Positions 36,988 through 47,038 of a DNA stretch of 64,000 nucleotides are shown here, one piece after another (the stretch's first letter is position 1; each line of letters opens with the position of its first letter). Source of the DNA: Gnetum montanum (lineage: Eukaryota; Plantae; Gnetophyta). The DNA lies in NCBI GenBank assembly GCA_015680685.1, contig MNCI01001925.1:279573-343572 (forward strand), written 5' to 3'. Both the position numbers and the translations under genes were made by a program. Under the pieces are notes generated by a model that had not been told where the DNA came from, searched no databases, and saw only the letters and a program-made list of their open reading frames with translations.

Positions 36988-39900
36988 ATGGGCAAGGGCA
37001 AGGAAGTGGAGGACCAGGGGCGGAAGGGTCCCGATCTAACCTTCGCTGAGGAGACGGAGGCCATGTTGCAGGGTTTTCCCAGGCCAAAGATTCCTGTGTG
37101 GCCTGCGACATCCTACAGGTAGGCTTTGATCCCTGCCTCTATTATTGTTTGTGTGCTTCATTGTATTCGTAGTGTAAATGATCTCGGCGTATACGCCGAG
37201 CGCAGGGATTTTTCATCATGAGGGTTTTCGGCGTGCACGCCAGCATAACTGTGCAGCGTAAACGGTGTTCAATCCTGGCGTAAACATTTTTTTGCATTGT
37301 TTTAGCATAAAAGTTCGTCAGCATGTTTTTCATCGGCATAAGTTCTATTTCTTGCGACGGCGTATACGCTGAGGGTTTGTTCGGCGTATACGCCATACGC
37401 GTACAGTTGTCTTCGGCATACCGCTTTATCTTTCTGGCATAAACTGTTTACGTCGAACTTGAAATTGAGCGTATACGCCGAGGGTTTGCTCAGTGTATAC
37501 ACCGTATGCGTGAAGGGGTTGGGGTGTCAGTGTAAAACAGATCGCCGTTAGCATAGACGCTGAGTTAGCTGGCATGTACGCTGAGCTAAATTTCGTTCTT
37601 TACGCTAAGTATTAGTTGGCGTATACATTCTGCAGACAACGTATACGCTGGATTGAATGCTTTTTTTGTGCTAAGTGTAGATCATTGTATACGCTCTGTA
37701 TATATCGTATATGTTAATTCTGAATCGCTCTAAGTGCTAAGTTTGTTCAGCGTACACCGTATGCGGCGTATACGCTGAGCGTGAATCATGGGCGTAAATC
37801 GTGGGCGTATACACTATTGTATAGCATATACGCTGGGCGTAAGTTATGTTTTTCGCACTGTAGAGTTGACATATATGCTCTATGTACAGCGTATACGCTG
37901 GGCGTAAACAGTTAGTTAAATTTTTGATTTTTTTTTGCCGATTTATGATGCAAACTTTCGTTTTGTGACATTGCGATTGGTTACAGGGACAACAAACACT
38001 TCCTTATCATGGTTGAACTCGTCGGGATGCTAGCATGGGCTGGCCGCGTTGAGGAACACGATCTTCCCCCAGCTTTATTTGTGGATGACAAGGGGGTCTG
38101 GTTTAGGGAAGGTGCTGGCGAATTTCTGGCTTTCTTGTTAACCAATTTTGAAGTGGCTATGTGGTCATATTTTGATGAAGTGACCGCACGGAGTGTGGTC
38201 GATGCAATACTGCCCGAGGCCACCGAAGGTGTCATGGTCTTCATGGAAGACATTGATGAGGGGCCTTTTGTTGATGAGGATGGCACTACCCGCAGGCCCA
38301 AGTCAACCCACCTGTTAACGCGTGTGTGGGCATTGCTGCCACCGGGGTTGGATTATGTCAATAATACATTGTTTATAGCTGCCCATGCCCATACCTTATT
38401 CCAGAATCCTCCTGGCACAGTATACCGAATAGCCAAGTGGGACAATTTACATTTATTGCTTTGCTTATTTTCATTTAATGTTGGTTTCTTGTTTTAACGC
38501 ACACTTGTTTGTAGACCGAAGACCAACCCAAACGGGACCCTCATTGAGGATGAAGGGATAGCCCTCGCTTGCGCCACTCTTGAGGCCCTTATGACGGCCC
38601 CCACTCTTCATGGGGCCATACTAGCTCAGACGAAGAGTTCAATGGTCCGTTTGCATAATCAGTTTTCCAGGGTCTTCGCGATGTGCAAGGGTCATGGGTG
38701 GCTTCAGGAAGATTGGACAGATCAGAGGCCAGTCTTTCCTCATAACTTTAGCAACACTTCCAAATCTGCCACTAGCGGTGGGTGATAACATTTCTTAGAT
38801 GCGTTAGTGGGTTTTTTCGACTGTTTGGGGTTATGCTGATATGGTCATCTTGACTTGTTTTAACAATTGACGCACCCTCCGGTGAGGATCCTGTGACGAC
38901 AGGACGAACTGAGATAACTTTGTCAATGAACTTCGGGGGGTGGAGAAGGCATAGAAGTGGCTGCGTAAGAAAGCCTCGCCACTCCTAACTCGTTGCCTGG
39001 ACGATGCCGGCCTCCTGGAGCTTTTTATGATGCCTAGCCCTGATGTCTCAATCGGGGAGATGATAGGGATCGTGGACTCTTTTAATGAGTCTGTTTCTCA
39101 GTACAGTGTCTGGATTAAGGGTGTTAAGGTGGTGTTTCATCTGTCTCCTGTGTTCTTTTCTAATTTGTTTGGTATGCCAGTAGATGGCCTACCTGTAGTA
39201 TTGGACAGGTCTCATAAAGAGCTCCAAACAATCCACGATCTGGAATCTTGGCTTGGCGTGATGAAAAACACCAAGGGATTCTTGATGCAGGGGAAAGCAA
39301 AGGTTGTTGAGGTGAACGAATTGCATCCCCTGTTTCGAGCACGGGTGTTTCCCAAAACTCTTTCTCAGGTGCAGAGTTTTGGGGTTGAGGCGGTACGCAT
39401 CATGCAGAGTATCTTAGAAACTGGCATGTGCTATAACTGGGCTCAGTTTTTGTTGGCGGGCATGCATAAGGAGATAGTGCAGTTGTGCTCGAATATCGAA
39501 GTACAATCACACTTCACCTTTGCCTTCTTCGCTGGTTATCTCCACCGTTTTACCGAGTTCCTTGTGGTGTGTGTGAACAACAAGTTTGTCCTACGGGATC
39601 GGGGTCAACTATCCCGCCTGTGGGTCAAACATTTGTTTGTGACAATGAGATCGCAGGATGCCCCTGAAGGTATCGATGAGTCTGTGTCTATTACTATAGG
39701 GGGATCATCTGGCGGTTCCATCCATACGCGGGATAGTCTAGGGGTGGAGCTAGTGGATGTACCTTTAACCGCCAGATGGGTAGAGCAGGTTATTAAAGAG
39801 ACCATTGGGAAAGCCAAGTCGAAATTGAAAAGACTTGAATGCACCATGGAGGAAGTTGCCGAGATAAACCAGCCACGCGTGAAGTGGATACGCTTCAAGA

Positions 39901-41569
39901 TACCTGGTAAGCGAAGCTCATATGCTTGTTATTGCATCGTTTTCATTCATTTATAACCCCTACAATTGCTTACGTGTCGTTATTGTTTTCTATTTGATGA
40001 AGTGAGGAAGCAGGCCGTAGAAACCATCAGAGAGGAGGAGGATACGCGTACAGAGAAAAACAATGAGGAGGAAAGCCCAGAGAAGAGCCAAGGCGGGGGA
40101 ACGGAGCTATTAACAGAGAGGACTACTGACCCTGAACCTTTAGATGACCCGGACGCTATCAACCAAATGTTCAGTAGCTTCCTCAAGGGTGACTTGGATT
40201 TGGGCGATCCCCCAGAAGGTGACAAGGATCAAGGTATGTCTTCACTTTTAGTTGGTTTTTATTATATTAATTGTGGCTCCTACTTTTTTTATTTTTGTGT
40301 TTGTGGCTTAGATGAAGGCAGCGGTACCAGAACGGTACGGTTGGACGTTCCCATGAAGACGGTTCCTCCTGAGGGGACCGCTGAGGTTAGCTCTTCCTGT
40401 ACTCGTCAGCTGCTTATTTGGTCAGAGATGCCAAATAAGTCGGATTTTGTGGATGGGATCGCGGAAGAAGTCGTTGAACATCTCCAGGAAGTCCATCCTG
40501 ATATAGGTATGAATCATTTAAAGATTAGGAGCTTCGTGTCTTACGTGTACCGTTTTAATGTTCGTGTTCTCTGCGTGGGTAGGCGCTAAACTAAGATGGG
40601 ATCCCTCTGAGGGCATCAGTATGGAAAGCCTAACTACACTCTCCCCAGAAGTAGAACAGGTGCCAAGGCCTGTTTATGAAGGGGTTGCAGAAAGCCTTGC
40701 ACACAATGCCAAGTCGTTGTGGACTTGTAGGCGTTCTGTTGAACAGTTGTGGCTACAAGTACAGGCAAAGGAAAAGGAAGTCTCTGCCGTAACAGAGGAG
40801 CGTGACGATTTAAAGGCTCGATACGAGTTTGCCGCTGCTAGACTAAGTGGAGATCGTTCTTGGCGAACCTCGGAGATTACGTACACCAGGTATTGGAACC
40901 TTCTGAACCGTCATGCGTCACTGACTCGGAGAATAGCGGAATGCAAAGCTCAAATTGATCTCCTGAACCTTAAGTGTCAAGATTGGAAGGCTTTCGCTTC
41001 CAAGGTTCGCAAGTGGGGTCAGGATGAGAAGAACCATAAACATCAGTACAAGAAGTCGCTGAAAGAGGTATCTATTGAAAAGCGGCAACTGGAGATGTTT
41101 GTGGAGGGTTTGGGTTTGCGTTCCGCCTTCGATACCTTTGCCCAAAACACAATTGTGGAAATGGAATCGCCTAAGAGGGTCATCACAACTGCTTCTGGGG
41201 AGGTGTCGGTAGGTGAATTTCCTCTGAAACGCCCTACCTGGTCAGCGGTCGACAAAGGCAAGGCTTTGGCAAACGTTGACTTAGGCCTGGACGGAACAGA
41301 TTGGGCCAGCGTTCCAGAGGAAGAAATCCTTCGTCGGCTGGAGTTTGGCTTAGGGGGATCCCCTATGGTAAACGTTTTGTCTTTATGAAGTTAATTTATT
41401 GGATAATGTTTAAAATGTTTAGCATTTGCTTATTTTTGTGTTGGTTGTTTGTTTTTGGTGTTCTTAGCATGAGGGTGACGATGATACTCACGAGGCTGGC
41501 CCCAGTGGAGCAGGGGCCCCTGACACTGGTGGTTCTAAAGGAGATGATCCTCCTATCACGGACACTTAG
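36988..41569 (+). CDS. Antisense 8-exon accessory gene of element C (about 1065 aa): FCP1/NIF-like pseudo-phosphatase, PMD/Transposase_32-like domain, coiled coil and acidic tail; this copy is lightly damaged
   Basis: Predicted exons: 36988-37118, 37987-38436, 38515-38777, 38867-39906, 40003-40233, 40312-40506, 40583-41367, 41468-41569. Six of seven introns are GT..AG and phase-compatible. The intron 3 acceptor reads TAACAA (inferred G>A). There is a 1-nt frameshift at the G run 38935-38940 and a TAG at 38952. Confidence 0.8.
37180..37910. repeat. Dispersed GCGTA / GCGTATACGC motif array in predicted intron 1 of the C antisense gene
   Basis: Same motif as the C LTR array and the 5' leader (46320-46990). 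Confidence 0.8.
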
Positions 41570-41685
41570 TATTTTTGTAGTTTTTTGTGTTTTTTTTGGC
41601 GGTTTTTTTGCTAATTTAAATTGATACGGGTATTGTAACTAGAAAATGTTGAAGAAAATAGGCACTATTTGTACAACATTGCATG

Positions 41686-41691
41686 AATAAA
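41686..41691 (+). terminator. Putative polyadenylation signal of the antisense gene in C
   Basis: AATAAA about 115 nt after the stop, followed by T/GT-rich sequence. Confidence 0.5.
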
Positions 41692-41826
41692 TATTTTTTT
41701 GTTGGTTTTTAAGTTGTTTGCACACATGACATGATACTAAAGTATTTTTGGGTTCGCTTTTCTGTTTAACTGCAATGCACAGAAGTAATGATAAATAATA
41801 TGTAAACAGGAGAACAAGTTTTGCAC

Positions 41827-42140
41827 TAGTTTAAGGCCATTTCGGGCCCCAATGCATAGTTTAAGGCCGTTTCGGGCCCCAGTACGGACGAGTAATATGT
41901 CATGGCGGATATTTCGTAGTTGACTGACCATTTCTGATCATGGGTTGTTTTATGTCATCGCGGACATGATAGTTTAACGTCTTTCTGGACAAGGAGTGTT
42001 GCAATTTTTTATTTTTTTTTTGCTGTTTATTATTATTTCTTTGTGTTTTTGGGTTTTATCGTAGTTTAGCGTCATTTCAGACAAGTTATAGTTTAACGTC
42101 GTTTCGGACTGTTCGTAGTTTAATGTCGTTCCGGACGTTG
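41827..42140 (-). repeat. Short repeat arrays downstream of PR in C (GGGCCCGAAA(C/T)GGCCTTAAACTA x2 and CCGGAACGACGTTAAACTA-like units)
   Basis: Direct inspection; homologous to the A and B arrays. Confidence 0.75.
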
Positions 42141-42147
42141 TAATATT

Positions 42148-45100
42148 TCATTTTAGTTGTTTCTTAATTTTCTTCATTTTTTTATCAGGGATTGTATTGA
42201 CCGGTATGATTTTGTATTCTCTATCTCCTTCGCTGATCACGTTGAATGGCAATTCAGTCCAGGAGATGTCTATTAGAATGTTTTCGGTATCGATACTTTT
42301 AGGTGCTTCGATGTCGGTTGTTGTTTTTGTGTTGGTTTTTTCATGAGGTGACGCGTGTACAGTGTTAAACACAGGTATTTCGGCTTCAGGCTCTTGTCCC
42401 GTATTCGAAGGTTCACTAACCACCAGTTGCGTTTTGTTTGAGTCCTTTTGACCAGGCTTATCGAGTTCAACCTTGGAGCCTCGATCCTCGTCTGTGTGCG
42501 ATGCAATGAGGGGAGAGGCTGCTTCCCCATGTATGATGATTTCACCACCCTCGTAGGGTAGGTGAATCTCCTGATGTATAGGGGAGGACACAGCTCTCAG
42601 TTAGGCCAATCAGGGTCTTCCTAATATTAGGTTGAATCTTGGCATTTCATCGACGACGAGGAAGTTAGCAGATGTGGGGAACTGGTCTCCTACTACGAAG
42701 TCTAGGGTTATTGTGCCTTTGACTAATACGCGCGACCCGCTAAAGGACTTTAAGCATGTCGTTGTGGTGGGTTTGATCAAGTTGGTGAGCCCCAATTGTT
42801 CAATGATAGGATACGGTATGACGTTGGTGGCTGCCCCATAATCTACATGTACCCTATGTATTTTGAATTGGTTTACATGTATAGTTATGAACATAGGGAT
42901 TGTTCTTGTCTCGCCTGTCTTCTTATCTACTTTGATGTTCTCATCATGGAAGCTCAAGGGCTTAGGAACGGCACCGTGAGATGGATACATTACGGCATGA
43001 ATGGCCGGTTCGCTCGGAGGCAAGTTCTTGCTAACTGGGATTGACGTGAGCATGCGTACTAGAGCTTCTCGATGAGTCTGGGATGTTAGTACCAAGTCAT
43101 ACAAGCTTAACGAGGTGTTTTTCTGTTTTAGGGCTTGAGTAACTTGTGTCAGGGCTATTGCGAAATCTCTACTATCAGGGACGTTTTTATTAGCAGTGAC
43201 TGGGTCCATTGGACCCAATAGTTTTATTTCGTGTTTTGGTGGTTTGTCATTATTGTTAAGGCCTACCATTTTATACGGTTCTTGTGTTTCAGATGACTCA
43301 CTGTTGCTATCCGTGTTCGGTCGACCATTGGATGATGACATGGGGATAGAGTTAAGTGGAGTTGGTTTGGGTGGCCCCATGGCTAGCCATTGGCGTTCCT
43401 TCTCCATGTGCTCATGTGTAAGCCTGTCTACTAGGCGTTCTCGTGTGTTACGCGGAGGTGGAATTGGCCTCGGAGCCTGGGATTGCCCTGGGACCTTTAC
43501 TACATATGGAGCCGAACGGGGTTGCGGGTGGACGGTGGGATATGATTGGGTAGGAATCTGTCCAGGTATCCTGATGACATACAGGATTGGTCTTGGTGGA
43601 GGTTGGACCTCTGTTGTTGCAACGGCGGGTGGTACTTGGACTACAAAAGGGGTAGGCCGAGCATGAGGGGTTGGTGTATCCGCGGGATTGACCGGAGGGA
43701 TGCGCACCACATATGGTTTTTGACGCATTGTGATGTTGGGGGTGGGCACGGTCGGGGGCACTCAAACTACGTATGGCCAGTGCGGGGCGTGGGATGGTTG
43801 AGATGTAGGTGCGGATGCAGCAGGAGGAATTTGAACCATGAATGGCTTTCCAAGTGTTTCTTGCTTATTTTCATGGTAGATGGTGTTGATGTGGGGTGTG
43901 TCGGAATCGTCATCACAATAGATTGCGTCAATTACGTACGCTGCCTCTTTAGTATTCAGGGGGTCTTTGTACACCCCATGGTTTGATTTTGTGGTTGGAC
44001 GGGGTTAGCCCCGTCAAAAGTGATTTTGCCATCATCAATCATCCGCTGGATATCCTGTTTCAAGGTGAAGCAGTAATCCGTTCCGTGCCCATTGCATTGA
44101 TGGTAGTCACAGAAGTGATCCATCCTAAACCATTGGGCATGGGCGGCTCATCTGGCGTTGCTAGGCTTAGGTTCTGTATGAGTTGGCAGAATCGTTCGTG
44201 CCTTTGGATGGCCGCAGGGGATAATTGCTTATGTTGCATGAACCCAACCTTTAAGAGTTGGTCAAAGAGCTGGGACGGTTTCATTGGTAAAGGCGTGTAC
44301 TGAGAAGGTTCCTTCCTCTCGAAATTACGCTCACAGTTCGTCGGGTTTTGTGATGATGACTCTGTGGTTGTTGTGGGAGCGGGTTGATAGTAGTTAGTGG
44401 TGGTTTTGGGCGGTCTTTGTTGATGTGTGGTGTTCATTTGTTGGGTTCCCGCTAATGCTGCTATAGTTGTCTTGGCCTTCTCTTTATCCTTTTTAGTATG
44501 TTGATTTTTGAAGGCCAAGTATGCCGGGTCATGGCTATTTTGAGCCGCTTCCTCTATGTTTCTGATCTATAAAAATGCCTGATTCACATCACGTGCATTG
44601 AGGTAATAAAGTTTGGACTTAAAGAAATCATTGACAGCCACCTTCAGAATTGTAAGCCAATAGGTTAGAGAGATTGGTTCGTGCAGCTCGTTGACAGCCG
44701 CACTCCATCTCTGAATAAACTTCTGTGCAAGTTCAAGCGGTGCTTGCTTGATCTGCATGAGGTTGTCCAGTGTGGCCTCAGGTTTCAAGTTGTACTTGAA
44801 CCGGGTCACAAACTGGCGTAAAAGATCATCCAAAGAGAAAATAGAGCTCCTAGGCAGGGCCCGGTACCAGTCGAGTGCTCTCCCTGCGAGAGACATGGAA
44901 AATACTCAGAGGATGGAGTGGGGACAAGCCTGGAGCAGCACACATTCTAGCCAGAATGTTATAAGGTGCGCGTTGGGATCGGTCTCCCCGTTGTACTTTG
45001 TTAATGTGGGCAAGGGGACACCTTTAGGTAAGGTTAGAGGTGGGACCGAAGAGCTGATAGGGTCATTGTTGTAGAAATCCACTACCTTTAACTCTCCCTC

Positions 45101-46261
45101 AGTGGCCGTTTGGAGCCATTTTACCTCTTCAGTAAGATCTTGCATTATCTTTTTGGCGTCCACCTAGTCTTGGGCGCTTGGTGATGCGGCGGCTTGGGGT
45201 TGTGGTATACTGTACAAGCTAGATTGTTGCGTGTTAGGGTGAAGGGCTGACAGCTGTGCGAGTGCTTGTGGAAAGGTTGCGGCAGGCAGCGCTACAGATG
45301 GCACGTGGTAGGGAAAGGGTTGTTGTTGGTGTTGCTGTAGCTGGGGTTGTGCTTAGGGAACATTGATTAGTGGAACCGCGTGGGGTGGTGTATGGGGATG
45401 GGGAACTTGATGCGACGGTGCTCCCCTTGCTGGCCATTACCCCGCCACATTATGGGCGGGGACTCCCTATTGGGTCACGGCTGTTTGGGGAACTGTATGT
45501 TCTTGGACGTGTGGTATGAAGTGGGTGGATGTGGATGCCAAAATCACATGTGGCACCCCTATCACCCTTGGTGGGAGTGTTGCCCCTAGGTTATCGAAAG
45601 GTGGCGGCACTTGTGAGGATGGGCCCGTAGCGACAGTAGGGACAAACGCGAGTGGGAAGGTGTTGGGTTGGTGATCGCTCAGAAGAGGGACGTGGACTAG
45701 TGCTGCTGTTTCCGGTGGTGGCTATTGAGCCTGGACGAATCTAAGGTGTTGCAAGGGCATGAGTTCCCCTGTGCCAGGATGGAAGATGGGGTTGACCTAT
45801 GCTTGAGGGCTTAAGATATGGTACGACTCTCCTTGCTCGGATTGAGCGGTGAATCCATCCTCATCCTCTGGTTGGGGCTCTAGTGCGGGCTAGTCCAACT
45901 AATTGTTTCTTTGAAGGAGGAGTTGCGTGATGAGTTCCGAATATTGTTTAGGAACGGGAATTACGTTGTACGGAGAAGGGATGAACTCTCGTCCCCCCCT
46001 GTAATATAGCTCAAACTGCCTCTTCACCTCTAGTTCAGCTTGATCAACAGCCAGGTCAGCTTGTATTTTAATACAGATAAGGTTGTACTAGTCCTTGGTA
46101 ATGATGTTAGAGGCTGGGTCCCTCCCTTGCAGCCTTACGGATGGGCGGGGACCCGCTGTGGGTTGCATTCCTGGGTGTTGTGGTATAGGCTGTTGGACGG
46201 CAGTGAGGTCCATGGTGGCGGCGGTGTGAGCGGGGACAGCAGTGTTGTTAACAGGGTTCAT
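42148..46261 (-). pseudogene. gag: gag-protease of element C (interrupted by several stops and frameshifts)
   Basis: ATG at 46261; N-terminal RPSVRLQGRDP domain; KYNGETDPNAHL; RALDWYRALP; knuckle CDYHQCNGHGTDYC at about 44075-44120; protease VHVDYGAATNVIP and FNLILGRP; ends at a stop at 42148. Confidence 0.93.
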
Positions 46262-47017
46262 GATGCTATGTCACGGATAGGAGTAAGTCTGGAAAGGCGG
46301 AGTTGCTCTGTAATGTGGCGTGTAGTGTATACGCTTCAAAGGACAGCATATGGTATCAGCGTATACAACGTGTGCAGTGTATACAGCGTATATGGGCAGC
46401 GTAGACGCTGGAAAGCATATAAGGCGCAGGATGGATCAGCGTAAAGTGAGACGGCGTAAAATAAGAGCGTAAGATAGGGAGTAGCGTACAGCGTAAAAGA
46501 GGTGATCAACATAATGCAAGAATGTAATAAGTTGCAGCGTAAAGGACCACTTAGCGTAAAATTGGTGTTTAGCGTAAAATAGACGAACGTGACAAACTCA
46601 GCGTAAACACCAGCTCAGTGTAAAACAGGCCAGAGCATAAAACAGAAGATAGCGCAAAACAGGCGAGCGTACAATGGGTTGCAGCGTAAACAATTTGCTG
46701 CGTAAAATTCACAGCGTAAACAGTTCATAGCATGAAACAGGCTTAGCGTAAAGGCCGACTCCGATGTAAAGACAGGCACGTAAAACAGGTTGCAGCATTA
46801 ACAGTAGAGCTTAAAATAGATGAACGTAAAACAAAGATGTAGGAGAGCAGGTTTTTAAGAACGTAAACGCTGTGCAGCATAAACACTGGACAATTGCGGG
46901 TTGGGTTTTCGAACCGGACAGCATAAACGCTGGGAAAGTTGGGGCAGCATACCATTAGCAGCATAGACGCTTAACAGCGTATACACTGGGAGTTGCGGGT
47001 AAGGGTTTTAAGGAGGT

Positions 47018-47033
47018 CCTCCTTCTAGCGCCA
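47018..47033 (-). promoter_or_regulatory. Intact tRNA-Asn primer binding site of element C
   Basis: TGGCGCTAGAAGGAGG, complementary to the 3' end (..CCUCCUUCUAGCG-CCA) of plant cytosolic tRNA-Asn(GUU) as recalled; 5 nt from the LTR. Confidence 0.9.
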
Positions 47034-47038
47034 ATTTT

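Noticed and set aside
38009-41388. env-like gene
   Set aside because: It is antisense and upstream of RT, with no signal peptide. The hydrophobic ORF tails (for example LLLCLFSFNVGFLF) are read-through into T-rich predicted introns.
36988-41569. Idea that the spliced gene is a host gene or an independently inserted DNA transposon
   Set aside because: It lies inside an element with paired LTRs and a TSD, is present at the same position in three diverged elements, and shows no TIRs or TSD of its own.
43196-44303. Plus-strand ORFs of 100-156 aa overlapping C gag, and similar shadow ORFs opposite pol
   Set aside because: These are antisense shadows of Pro/Thr-rich or conserved coding sequence, with no recognisable motifs and no conservation in A or B.
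47018-47033. tRNA-like sequence CCTCCTTCTAGCGCCA
   Set aside because: Only the 16-nt 3' end is present, next to an LTR; it is a PBS, not a tRNA gene.
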